From Microthrixaceae bacterium (GTDB taxonomy: Bacteria > Actinomycetota > Acidimicrobiia > Acidimicrobiales > Microtrichaceae): a stretch of 64,000 bases of DNA. This document shows, in pieces, positions 19,087 to 28,257 of this stretch. Where the stretch lies: positions 20,576 through 84,575 of the forward strand of contig JACJWI010000009.1 of the NCBI GenBank assembly GCA_020637215.1, read 5' to 3'. The stretch's first letter is position 1; each line of letters starts with the position of its first letter. The translations under genes and the position numbers were made by a program. The notes beneath the pieces were generated by a model. It was not told the origin of the DNA. It saw only the letters and a list, made by a program, of their open reading frames with translations, and made no database searches.

Positions 19087-19170
19087 GATCCGGTAGAAAA
19101 CCCGGTAGAAGATCGGGGAACGGGCAGCAGAAAGGCCTCCCCGATTCCTCGGAAAGGGCCTTTGACCTGC
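19087..19170. promoter_or_regulatory. att-proximal region: 12-bp-period direct repeat, hairpin and TGACCTGC motif downstream of the tRNA
   Basis: ccggtagaa at 19090 and 19102; aaaggcc...ggccttt inverted repeat at about 19131-19163; tgacctgc at 19163-19170. Confidence 0.45.
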
Positions 19171-19179
19171 TGTTTCAGA

Positions 19180-19256
<77 letters not shown>

Positions 19257-19336
19257 GCGTGACAGTCACGATAGCCCCTGCTCGCCGACCCAGCCAGTCG
19301 GAACCACCGGCCTGGAAGCCCCGCCTCCCGGTTCCC

Positions 19337-19379
19337 ATGACAGTTGAGTACCGCCAGCGTCGTGACTTATCGTCAGAAC
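19337..19379. repeat. Intergenic repeat family A, copy 1
   Basis: atgacagttgagtaccgccagcgtcgtgacttatcgtcagaa; matches copies at 22113 and 32151. Confidence 0.9.
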
Positions 19380-19401
19380 GCAGCGGGAAGGGATGTGGGG
19401 C

Positions 19402-20295
19402 TCAGCGGTGGAGGGGGACCGAGTGCTCCCAGTCCGCCAGCAGCGCCCGCAGGGCCGTGAGCAGGATCAACGGCTGGTCCAGCATCATGTGGTGTCCGGC
19501 CAGCGGGATCTCCACCACCGGCGCCACCCGACCCAGGTTGTCGTAGATGATCTGGCCGATCTCGGGGGTCACCAGGCCGTACTCCGAACGCACCAGCGCC
19601 ACCCGGCTGGTGATGCGGGGCAGCTGCTCGGCCGCAGCGGTCCGGCTGATCGCCCGGAACAGGCCCGGGTCGAACTTCCAGGTCCAGCCGTCGTCGACCT
19701 GCCGCAGCGAGTGACGGGCGACGTAGTCGAGGATGTACGGGTCGTAGTGGTCCTGGGCCGGCACGGTCCGGAACCGGGCGACCGCGGCGTCGAGGCTCGG
19801 ATAGGTCTTGGGCACGCCGAACGCGGCACCGATGCGGGCCGCTTCCACCTCGGGGTCGTCCTCGACCATCGGCGAGTCCAGCACGATCGTGCCGGCCACC
19901 CGCTCCCCGCCCGCGACGGCTGTGGCCACGGCCACGAACCCGCCCATCGAGTGTCCGACCACCACCGGCGCACCGGATGCACCGGAGAAGTCCGCGGCGG
20001 CCAGGACCTCCTCGGTCCACAGGTCCACCCGGTACTCGGGTCGTCGGCCGCTGTCGCCGTGGCCGGACAGGTCGAGCGCCACGACCCGGTACTCGCCGAT
20101 CAGCGGTGCGATCGGCGCCCACCACCGAGCGTGGGCGGCGCCGCCGTGTACCAGGACGATGCCCGGCAGACCGCGCTCACCCCAGGCCAGGACGTTGATG
20201 TCACATCCGTCGACCTCGACGCTGGACTGCTCCGCTTCGACAGCGAGGGCCCGCTCCAGCCAGTCGGGTCGGTCTCGTTCGTTGGTGTCGGCCAC
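19402..20295 (-). CDS. Alpha/beta hydrolase
   Basis: LVHGGAAH, DLSGHGDS, nucleophile elbow GHSMGG, AGHHMMLDQP. Confidence 0.92.
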   Translation of the reverse strand: MADTNERDRPDWLERALAVEAEQSSVEVDGCDINVLAWGERGLPGIVLVHGGAAHARWWAPIAPLIGEYRVVALDLSGHGDSGRRPEYRVDLWTEEVLAAADFSGASGAPVVVGHSMGGFVAVATAVAGGERVAGTIVLDSPMVEDDPEVEAARIGAAFGVPKTYPSLDAAVARFRTVPAQDHYDPYILDYVARHSLRQVDDGWTWKFDPGLFRAISRTAAAEQLPRITSRVALVRSEYGLVTPEIGQIIYDNLGRVAPVVEIPLAGHHMMLDQPLILLTALRALLADWEHSVPLHR

Positions 20296-20378
20296 CGTCC
20301 GAACCTACCGCCCGCTCGACTCGGCCCACGACGGCGCCCGACGGAGCCCGACGGAGCCGGGCCGCTGGAACGAGCCGG

Positions 20379-20735
20379 TCAGGGGCCGGTCGTCTCGGAC
20401 CCGTCGTCGGGGTCGACCTCGACGACCTGAACCACATCGGTTTCGGCCTCACCCACCGCGGCTCCCGCGGCCGGAACGACGTCGACCGGTGGCGACGGAA
20501 CGCTGCCGTCGAGCAGCGCCCGGCGTCGCACGTACTCGTCGACGTCGACCTCGCCGCGGGCGAACCGCTCGTCGAGGATCGTCCTGGCCGAGGCCGACGC
20601 GGCGGGCCCGGCGGCTCCAGCCATTGCCGGTGCGGTGTCCCGGGAGCGGATCAGCTCCCAGATTCCGTACGCCACCAGTGCCACCACCGAGAGCGGGATG
20701 ACGACACCGAAGATGAAGGTTCCCGGTCCGAACAT
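20379..20735 (-). CDS. SHOCT-domain membrane protein
   Basis: N-terminal TM; ARTILDERFARGEVDVDEYVRRR. Confidence 0.85.
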   Translation of the reverse strand: MFGPGTFIFGVVIPLSVVALVAYGIWELIRSRDTAPAMAGAAGPAASASARTILDERFARGEVDVDEYVRRRALLDGSVPSPPVDVVPAAGAAVGEAETDVVQVVEVDPDDGSETTGP

Positions 20736-20744
20736 GACGCCTCC

Positions 20745-21194
20745 TCAGATGCCGCCGGCCGGGGCCGGTGCGGTCGTGGTCGGTACGGTCGTGCTCGGCG
20801 TCGGTGACGACGGTCCGCCGGACGAGTCGGTACCGGGCTGATGGCGCCGACGCTGACCCTGCTCGGCGTTGCCGTCACCGGTGGCGCCTCCGGCGTCAGC
20901 AGGCCCGCTGCGCGGACCCATGTGATCGCCGCGGCCGGGTATCTCGCCCTGCCGGTTCGGTCCCTGATCCCACCGGCCGCTCTGATCGCCGTCGGAACCC
21001 GGACCACGGCGTGGTCCCATCCGGTCACCCCAGCGGCCACGTTCGTCCTCGACCCGGTCCCGGATCCGTTCGAACCGGTCGTGACGGCGGTCGACCGCCA
21101 TCAGTCCGGCCACGCTCACCATCACCAGAACCCCGGCGACGATGAAGGCAATCACCGCTCTACGTCGTGCTGCTCGACGACCCGCTTCGTCCAT
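20745..21194 (-). CDS. Hypothetical membrane-anchored low-complexity protein
   Basis: TM helix AVIAFIVAGVLVMVSVAGL followed by a Gly/Arg/Thr-rich tail; co-oriented with the SHOCT gene. Confidence 0.6.
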   Translation of the reverse strand: MDEAGRRAARRRAVIAFIVAGVLVMVSVAGLMAVDRRHDRFERIRDRVEDERGRWGDRMGPRRGPGSDGDQSGRWDQGPNRQGEIPGRGDHMGPRSGPADAGGATGDGNAEQGQRRRHQPGTDSSGGPSSPTPSTTVPTTTAPAPAGGI

Positions 21195-21257
21195 GACCCC
21201 AGCGTGGACCGCCCGGGTGAGAGGACGGTGAGAGAGCGACGAGAGCCGGGTACGAAC

Positions 21258-21289
21258 CTCGGGGGCGCCGCCCGCACGGCGCCCCCGAG
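21258..21289 (-). terminator. GC-rich hairpin downstream of the histone-like gene
   Basis: 13-bp stem ctcgggggcgccg/cggcgcccccgag with a 6-nt loop. Confidence 0.65.
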
Positions 21290-21310
21290 TCGATCAGTTC
21301 GACTTGGTGA

Positions 21311-21961
21311 TCAGTCCGATGAGTGGGTCGGCGTGGAGCCGGCCGACGGAGGAGCTGCCGGCGTGGCCGCGGGCGCAGCGGTCGTGGCTGTGGAGGCACC
21401 GGTGGCCGGAGCCTTCTTGGTCGTCGCCCGCTTCTTGGCTGGCGCCTTCTTGGCGGCAGCCTTCTTCTTGGCCGGCGCCTTCCTTGCCGTCGACTTCTTT
21501 GCGGCGGCCTTCTTCTTGGCCGACGCCTTCTTGGCCGTCGCGGGCTTCTTGGCCGTCGCGGGCTTCTTGGCCGCCTTGGGCTTGGCACGACCCGTGGCAT
21601 CCCGCACTGCGCCGACGGCGGAGCTCGCCGCGCCCTTGGCGGTCTTGGTCGCCGTGTCGGTGGCGCGTTCGGCCGCCTTGCTGGCCCGGCCCGCCGCTCG
21701 CTTCACCGGCTTGCGGACGCTACCCACCATGTCGTTGAACTGCGACTCGAGACGGCCCCGCTGCTCGTCGGCCTGGGAACGAACCTTGTCGATCTCCTCG
21801 GTCACCCACTCGACCAAGTCCTCGACCAGCTGCTGGAGGTTCTCGATGGAGCCCGTCACCAGCTCCTCGGCGGAACGGGCGCCCTCGCGGGCATCGTTCA
21901 CCAGCTTCTCCAGCTCCGCCGTCGCTCGTTCGACGAACTGGTTGGGCTGCAGGTCTGTCAT
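21311..21961 (-). CDS. Helical protein with histone H1-like Lys/Ala/Pro tail (HBHA/PhaF-like architecture)
   Basis: Coiled-coil N-terminal half, then repeated AKKPATAKK/KKAAAKK/KAPAKK; GAGG RBS. Confidence 0.8.
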   Translation of the reverse strand: MTDLQPNQFVERATAELEKLVNDAREGARSAEELVTGSIENLQQLVEDLVEWVTEEIDKVRSQADEQRGRLESQFNDMVGSVRKPVKRAAGRASKAAERATDTATKTAKGAASSAVGAVRDATGRAKPKAAKKPATAKKPATAKKASAKKKAAAKKSTARKAPAKKKAAAKKAPAKKRATTKKAPATGASTATTAAPAATPAAPPSAGSTPTHSSD

Positions 21962-22112
21962 CGGTACCTCGCTGGGTTGTCGCCGCGCTTCCTCGATGTC
22001 GCGGACCGTCCGAAGAGTCTCGCCGCGCCCGCCCGTCGGCGAAAGCCCTGGGATCGGATCCGCGTGTGTCGTGTGCAACACCTGGGGAGCTACCGACGCG
22101 GAGGACATCGAC

Positions 22113-22163
22113 GATTCCGATGACAGTTGAGTACCGCCAGTGTCGTGACTTGTCGTCAGAAAC
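22113..22163. repeat. Intergenic repeat family A, copy 2
   Basis: gattccgatgacagttgagtaccgccagtgtcgtgacttgtcgtcagaaacc. Confidence 0.9.
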
Positions 22164-22178
22164 CCGGGGTGGGGTGGG

Positions 22179-24140
22179 TCAGGGGGTGACGATCGGGAAG
22201 AAGAGCTCGAAGGCGTCGAGCAGGTCCGACAGCTCGGCGAGCACCTCGACCCGACCCTCGACCGAGCTGACCGCACCGGCCTCGGTGGCAGGGTCGGCCA
22301 GGTGGTCCAGACGCCCGGCGGTGATCGCCGCGACCAGACCGGCGTGCGTGGTGCGCACCGTCGCCTCGGCGTCGGGGTGCGGCCCGCCGGCGGAGTGGTG
22401 CAGCGCGGCGTTCTCCAACCCGACGGCGTGGACCTCGCCCGCGCCGCCACCGCTCGCGGCGCCGGTACCGGCGTCGGTACCGGCGTCGGTCACCTCGAGG
22501 GTGAACGCCAGGCGCGTGCCCGCGGCGGCGGGGCCGTTGAGGTGGACGCCGACGAACTGCAGCAGCATCTCGACGGTCATCGCCGCCATCACGTCGGGCT
22601 TCTCGGCGCTGCGCACCACCAACGGCGGCGGACCCTGGCGCAGCTCCTGCGCCGCGGTCAGGTAGAAGGACCGCCACGGCCCCGACTCGGCCTGGTAGCC
22701 GAGCTGCTCCAGCGCGTCGGCCTGGAGCGCCCGGGCCTCCATGTTGTCGGGATCCGCGAACACCAGGTGGTCGACCACCTGCGCCACCCAGCGGTACTCC
22801 CCCGCCTCGAAGCTGGCCCGGGCCCGCTCCAGCAGCACCTCGGCGCCGCCCATGAACTCGACGTAGCGGCGGCCGGCCTCGACCGGTGGCAGCGGGTGCA
22901 GGTGCGCCGGGTTGCCGTCGAAGAACCCGAGGTACCGCTGGTAGACGGCCTTCACGTTGTGGTTGAGCGTGCCGTAGTAGTCGCGGTTGAAGAACTCGTC
23001 GGCCAACGACGCCGGCAGCCGGAGCTCCTCGGCGATCTCGAGGCTGGTCAGCCCGTGGTTGGCCAGCCGCATCGTCTGGTCGTGCAGGTAGCGGTACAGG
23101 TCGCGCTGTCGTGACAGGTGCCGGCGCATCTCCTCGGCGCCCCACCGCGGCCAGTGGTGGCTGGCGAAGGTGACCTCGGCCCGATCGGCGTACAGCTCGA
23201 GGGACTCGTGCAGGTACGTCGACCACGCCAGCGCGTCGCGGATCAGCGCGCCCCGCGGCGTGTAGACGTTGTGGAACACCGCCGTGCAGTTCTCGGCCAT
23301 GCACAGAGCGCCGTGGTCGGGGAACAGGAAGTTCATCTCGGCCGGCGCCTCGGTGCCCGGCGTGATCTGGAACTCGATGCGCACCCCGTCGACGACCAGC
23401 TCGGTGCCGGTCTCGGCGATCAGCTCGGTCGGAGCGATCAGCCCGAAGGTCCCGAGCGGGGTGGTCTGACCCAGACCGCTTCCGACCAGGCCCTGCGGAC
23501 CGCGGGGCAACAGGATGCCGTACATGTAGGTGGCCCGGCGGGTCATGACGTTACCGGCGGTGACGTTCTCGGCGATGGCGGCCTCGAGGAACCCGGCCGG
23601 AGCGATGACCCGCACCCGCCCCTCGGCGACGTCCGCGTCGCTGACGATGCCGCGCACACCGGCGAAGTGGTCGACGTGGCTGTGGGTGTAGATCACCGCG
23701 GTGACCGGCCGCTCCCCCAGCTCGTCGGTGACCAGGTCGAGCGCGGCGCGGGCGGTCTCGGCCGACGTCAGCGGGTCGACGACGATCCAGCCCCGCTCGC
23801 CACGCACGAAGGTGATGTTGGACAGGTCGAAGCCCCGCACCTGGTAGATGCCGTCGACCACCTCGAACAGACCCTCGATCGCGCACAGCTGCGACTGGCG
23901 CCACAGGCTCGGGTTGACCGTGTCGGGGGCGTCGCCGTCGAGGAAGCTCCACGAGTCGAGGTCCCAGGTGACGCCGCCACCCGCGTTGGTGATCTGCCGC
24001 CGCGGAGAGCTCGCCAGACGGCCCCGCTCGGCCAACTCGAAATCGGTGCGGTCCCCGAACGGCAGGGCGTCGAGGACGGCGCGGTTGGCCGCCGCGGTGA
24101 TCGGAGTCGCCGGCTTGGGCGACAGGTCGGGGTCGGTCAC
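22179..24140 (-). CDS. Alkyl/aryl sulfatase (SdsA1-like MBL fold, with dimerisation and SCP2-like domains)
   Basis: YTHSHVDHFAG, PGTEAPAEMN, AENCT, ASHHWPRWG, YQRYLGFFDGNPAHL. Confidence 0.93.
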   Translation of the reverse strand: MTDPDLSPKPATPITAAANRAVLDALPFGDRTDFELAERGRLASSPRRQITNAGGGVTWDLDSWSFLDGDAPDTVNPSLWRQSQLCAIEGLFEVVDGIYQVRGFDLSNITFVRGERGWIVVDPLTSAETARAALDLVTDELGERPVTAVIYTHSHVDHFAGVRGIVSDADVAEGRVRVIAPAGFLEAAIAENVTAGNVMTRRATYMYGILLPRGPQGLVGSGLGQTTPLGTFGLIAPTELIAETGTELVVDGVRIEFQITPGTEAPAEMNFLFPDHGALCMAENCTAVFHNVYTPRGALIRDALAWSTYLHESLELYADRAEVTFASHHWPRWGAEEMRRHLSRQRDLYRYLHDQTMRLANHGLTSLEIAEELRLPASLADEFFNRDYYGTLNHNVKAVYQRYLGFFDGNPAHLHPLPPVEAGRRYVEFMGGAEVLLERARASFEAGEYRWVAQVVDHLVFADPDNMEARALQADALEQLGYQAESGPWRSFYLTAAQELRQGPPPLVVRSAEKPDVMAAMTVEMLLQFVGVHLNGPAAAGTRLAFTLEVTDAGTDAGTGAASGGGAGEVHAVGLENAALHHSAGGPHPDAEATVRTTHAGLVAAITAGRLDHLADPATEAGAVSSVEGRVEVLAELSDLLDAFELFFPIVTP

Positions 24141-24982
24141 GATCGGGGCTCCTCGTCGACAGGTGGGATCGGGGGCGGCACGGCAGGAGCGGGGTCGACG
24201 CCGACACCGCCTCGGCCCTCGCCCCCGGCGAAGCGGGCCGCGCCGGCCAGGGTCTCGCCGGAGCGGATGGGGCCCAGACCCAGCTCGGTCTCGCGTGCCA
24301 TCGCCGCCTCGAACGGGAGGTCCCACTGCTCGTAGCTGGAACGGCGATCCGAACGCAGGCACTCCTGGGGGAACGCAGCGAGCTGGTGGGCCAGCGCAAC
24401 CGCGGTGGCGAGCGCCTCGCCCGGAGGGCACAACCGGTTGGCCAGGCCCATCGTCCGGGCCTCCTCACCCCCGACACCCCGGCCGGTGAGGATCAGGTCG
24501 AGGCCGTGGCTGTGGCCGATCATGCGGGGCAGGCGGACCGTTCCACCGTCGATCAGCGGCACTCCCCAGCGCCGGCAGTAGACGCCGAAGGTGGCGTCGG
24601 TGGCCGCGACGCGCAGGTCGCACCACAACGCCAGCTCCAGTCCGCCGGCCACGGCGTAGCCCTCGACCGCGGCGATGGTCGGTTTGGACAGCACCATCCG
24701 GCTGGGGCCCATCGGCCCGTCGTCGGCCATGTCGGACGACACCCGGTTGCCGCGGCCCTCGGCGACGCCCTTGAGATCCGCTCCCGCGCAGAACGTGCCG
24801 TCGGCGCCGGTGAGCACCGCGACGGCCGCGTCCGGGTCGGTGTCGAAGTCCCGGAACGCCGCGGCGAGCAGCGCGGCGGTGGGTCCGTCCACGGCGTTGC
24901 GGGCCCGGGGCCGGTCGATGGTCACGATCGTGACCGGTCCGTCCCGGTCCACCCTCACCGCGCTCGATCCGTCGTCGGTCAC
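24137..24982 (-). CDS. Enoyl-CoA hydratase/crotonase family protein
   Basis: FCAGADLK, AVEGYAVAGGLELALWCDLRVA, PLIDGGTVRL. Confidence 0.93.
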   Translation of the reverse strand: MTDDGSSAVRVDRDGPVTIVTIDRPRARNAVDGPTAALLAAAFRDFDTDPDAAVAVLTGADGTFCAGADLKGVAEGRGNRVSSDMADDGPMGPSRMVLSKPTIAAVEGYAVAGGLELALWCDLRVAATDATFGVYCRRWGVPLIDGGTVRLPRMIGHSHGLDLILTGRGVGGEEARTMGLANRLCPPGEALATAVALAHQLAAFPQECLRSDRRSSYEQWDLPFEAAMARETELGLGPIRSGETLAGAARFAGGEGRGGVGVDPAPAVPPPIPPVDEEPRS

Positions 24983-25071
24983 CCGGGCGACGCTAGTGCG
25001 ACCGCTCGAGGGCCGGCCGTGGCGGCGAGCACCGGTGGAATTCCACGATCACGTCGTTACCGTGGACCGAC

Positions 25072-25692
25072 ATGACGATCGATGCCGACCTCTCCCGAGC
25101 GACCGCGGCGGTCACGGTGCCCCGCTGTCCCGATTGCGCCGCCGACCTGGTCCTGGGCGGCGACCCGTCGGTGAACGGGCCGGGGTGGTTCGACCACTGG
25201 TCCTGTCCCGCCGGCCACGGTCTGGCGATGACGTTGTCGGAGAGCTACGAACGGCTCCAGTCCGACGAGATCGGCCAGATCTGGAGCCGGGCCCGGGCGG
25301 CTGCGCCCGGATCGCGACCCAGCCCGTTCACCGGCGCCCCGATGGCACGGGTGACGGTCGAGGCCGATGACGACGAGGTGCCCGACGGCGACGCCGGTGA
25401 CGGCGCGACGACCACGACCATCGTCGTCGACGTCGATGTCGACAACCAGTTCATCTGGCTCGACGCCGGCGAGCTCGACGAGTTCCCCGAGGACCTCCCC
25501 GACGCCCCGGTCCCCGCCGAGGTCCTGGCCACCGAGCACGAGATCGTCGCCCGGTTCGGTCAGGCGTACGAGGACGCCGTCGAGGACCGCGAGTCGCGGG
25601 AGCTGACCGAGCGCCTGTACCGCCGCGTCGCCCGTCACCCCGGGGCGCTGCGGGCCCTCGACTCGATCGGGCGGGGACTCACCGCCTACTGA
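25072..25692 (+). CDS. Zinc-ribbon (zf-TFIIB-like) protein
   Basis: CPDC...CPAGHGL and a second, Cys-less ribbon ending IWLDAGEL. Confidence 0.6.
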   Translation: MTIDADLSRATAAVTVPRCPDCAADLVLGGDPSVNGPGWFDHWSCPAGHGLAMTLSESYERLQSDEIGQIWSRARAAAPGSRPSPFTGAPMARVTVEADDDEVPDGDAGDGATTTTIVVDVDVDNQFIWLDAGELDEFPEDLPDAPVPAEVLATEHEIVARFGQAYEDAVEDRESRELTERLYRRVARHPGALRALDSIGRGLTAY

Positions 25693-25713
25693 ACGGTCCC
25701 GCCGCCGGACGGC

Positions 25714-26685
25714 TCAGCGGTAGGTCGCCATCTGGCGGAACAGCTCGATCACGTCCGGCCCCGGCGTCGTGGGGTCGAGGTGCCGATAGGCGGTGTGGAC
25801 GTTCACCACCAGCCGCTCCCGCTCGGACAGCTCCGCGAACGGACCCAGGTCGATGTCCGCGATGGCGTCCTCGACGCCCATCCCCGCCTCGAAGCGCGCC
25901 GTCGCCTCGCGCTCGACGAAGCTCAGGTAGTCGCGGACCTCGAGCAGCTCGGCGACGCCGCACACCGGACCGTGACCCGGCACGATCGTGTGGACCCCCA
26001 GACCGGCGACCAGATCGATGGCGTCGCACCAGTTCGACAGCGGACCGGCCCACACGATCGGCGTCCCACCGATGAAGCCGAGGTCGCCGACGAACACCAC
26101 ACCAGCCGACGGCACGTGCACGATCACGTCGCCCGCGGTGTGCGCCGGTCCCGCCTCGATGAGCTCCACCGGGGTTCCCGCGACGTCCAGTCCCAGCGTC
26201 CCGTCGAAGGTCCGGGTCGGCGCTGCGGGCCGCGCCCCGGCGAAGTCGAACGGCCCGAACGCGGCCCGGACGTAGCGGTTGAGGTCGTCGTCGCCGAGGT
26301 CGGAGTCGACCATCGCGCCGAGCAGCGCGGGCGGGACCTCGTCCATCTCGGCCGCCGCCGCGCTCGACGCCACGATCTCGACACCGGCGACCAGGCCGTT
26401 GCCGTAGCAATGGTCCCCGTTGGCGTGGGTGTTGACCAGCGTCCCGATCGGCCGCGACGACGTCACGGCCCCCATGTCCTCGAGCATGTCCCCGGTCAGG
26501 CGGACGTCGAACAGCGTGTCGACCAGCAGAGAGGCACCGTCGCCGCAGATCAGCCCGGCGTTGGACCAGCCCCAGCTCCCGTCGGGCTGCAGGTAGGCGA
26601 GCACCCCGTCGGCGACCTCGTGCAGCCCCCGTTCGTAGCGCGGCCGCCGCGTCGGCCCGGTTCCGGACTCCTGCGCAGCAGCCAT
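25714..26685 (-). CDS. MBL-fold metallo-hydrolase (cyclase-like)
   Basis: WGWSNAGL, VNTHANGDHCYGN, PAHTAGD, VPGHGP. Confidence 0.9.
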   Translation of the reverse strand: MAAAQESGTGPTRRPRYERGLHEVADGVLAYLQPDGSWGWSNAGLICGDGASLLVDTLFDVRLTGDMLEDMGAVTSSRPIGTLVNTHANGDHCYGNGLVAGVEIVASSAAAAEMDEVPPALLGAMVDSDLGDDDLNRYVRAAFGPFDFAGARPAAPTRTFDGTLGLDVAGTPVELIEAGPAHTAGDVIVHVPSAGVVFVGDLGFIGGTPIVWAGPLSNWCDAIDLVAGLGVHTIVPGHGPVCGVAELLEVRDYLSFVEREATARFEAGMGVEDAIADIDLGPFAELSERERLVVNVHTAYRHLDPTTPGPDVIELFRQMATYR

Positions 26686-26720
26686 CGCCGCGAGGCTACC
26701 GATCCGGGATGCCGCCGGGT

Positions 26721-28157
26721 TCAGATCTCGTCCGCGTCGGGCCACAGCCCGAGGGAGTCGAGCAGGGCGTCGAGGTGCCCGTCGTGGTCGTCGTCGTCCT
26801 CGGCGGAGTACACCGACACGGCGAACGAGTCGAACCCGTCGACCTCGGATCCGTCGCCGTCGAACGGACCGGCCGCACCGATCATCCACCCCCGCGCCGA
26901 TGACCAGTGAGGGGACCGCATCCGGAACCGGAACAGGTGGACGACCCCGTCGTCGGGATGGTCGCCCACCGCCATGACCACGACTGGTTCGATCTCGTCG
27001 GGGGCGCGACCCAACTCGGCGTCGTCCGCGAGCCAGCGCACCAGCTCGGCCTCGGCCCGTGCCGCGGTGGTGCGCCACCGCGGGGCCAGGTCCTCGAGGC
27101 GACCGATGCGCCGCAGGCCGTCGAGCAGCTCGGCGCGAGCCTCGGGGGCGCGGGCGATCAGGTCGAGCCGGTCCGGGGCGACGGCAACGTCGAGGGAGAC
27201 CATCTCGACCGCTCCCACGGCAGCGACCCGGGGGTCCGCCGAGGCCACGACCGAACGCAGCACCGGCTCCGCCACCGTCGGGGCGAGCTGCCCCATCAGC
27301 GACACGAGCGAGTGGAGCCGGAACCGGTCCGCCCGGCTCTGGTCCCGTCCCGCCCGGCCCGCCGGATGCCCGACTCGGACCGGCAGCTGGTCGGAGCCGG
27401 CAGGGTCGGCCACATCAGCGGGGCCGGCCACATCGGCGGTGCCGGCGGGGTCGGCGTCACGGGCGGGGTCTGCGTCACGAACGGGGTCGGCGCCCTTGGC
27501 CCGCGCCGGCACGGGAAGCGTCGCCCGGTCGCACGCCGCCACGATCGACGCCACGACCGGAGCGAGTCCCCGGGCGATCGACCGCTGCTGGTCCCCGCTC
27601 ACCCGGCCGTCGACGACCAGGTCCTCGAGCAGATCCGCCGCGTGCCAGACCCATCCGGTCCGGCCGGCCAGGTGCACCAGGACCGGGACGAGGTCCGCGG
27701 CCCGCTCGGCGGACAGCACCGGGGCCAGCATCCCGGCGACCGGCAACGGCAGCAGGTCGGCGGGGCCGTCCGGGCCGAGCAGGAACACCAACGACCCCAC
27801 GCCGTCGTCGTCGCGACGCAACGCCAGGAGGTGCAGAAGCAGGCGGCGCACCCGCTCACCGGACACCAGGTAGGCGGCCTCCACCGCATGGACGTCGACC
27901 GCCCGCGGCGCCGCGCACAGCGCCCGGGCCAGACGGCTGGCCGGGTCGACCCTCGGGTTGCGCACCCACGGGTAGGCGAGGGTGACCGCCCGCAGCAGGG
28001 AGTCCGCCGCAGCGGGACTCACCACGCGTCCGTCCCAGCCGTCGATCGCCGCGAGAGCCGCCCGCCGGGACTCCTCATCGGAACGCCGCAGGCGGGAGCG
28101 CACGCTCTCCACCTCGTCGACGGTCAGGACCGGAGCGCTCTCCGGAACCCGCACCAT
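26721..28157 (-). CDS. Hypothetical helical-repeat protein
   Basis: Long ORF with HEAT-like segments and aromatic C-terminus HLFRFR...GWMIGAAGPF. Confidence 0.6.
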   Translation of the reverse strand: MVRVPESAPVLTVDEVESVRSRLRRSDEESRRAALAAIDGWDGRVVSPAAADSLLRAVTLAYPWVRNPRVDPASRLARALCAAPRAVDVHAVEAAYLVSGERVRRLLLHLLALRRDDDGVGSLVFLLGPDGPADLLPLPVAGMLAPVLSAERAADLVPVLVHLAGRTGWVWHAADLLEDLVVDGRVSGDQQRSIARGLAPVVASIVAACDRATLPVPARAKGADPVRDADPARDADPAGTADVAGPADVADPAGSDQLPVRVGHPAGRAGRDQSRADRFRLHSLVSLMGQLAPTVAEPVLRSVVASADPRVAAVGAVEMVSLDVAVAPDRLDLIARAPEARAELLDGLRRIGRLEDLAPRWRTTAARAEAELVRWLADDAELGRAPDEIEPVVVMAVGDHPDDGVVHLFRFRMRSPHWSSARGWMIGAAGPFDGDGSEVDGFDSFAVSVYSAEDDDDHDGHLDALLDSLGLWPDADEI

Positions 28158-28257
28158 GTCACCAGGGTGCAGCATGGCGACCGGCCCGGCAATCCGCAGG
28201 ATCACCCAGGGCGGCCGCTTCCCTCAGCGGTCGGTGACAGCCGTACACTCCCGCCAC

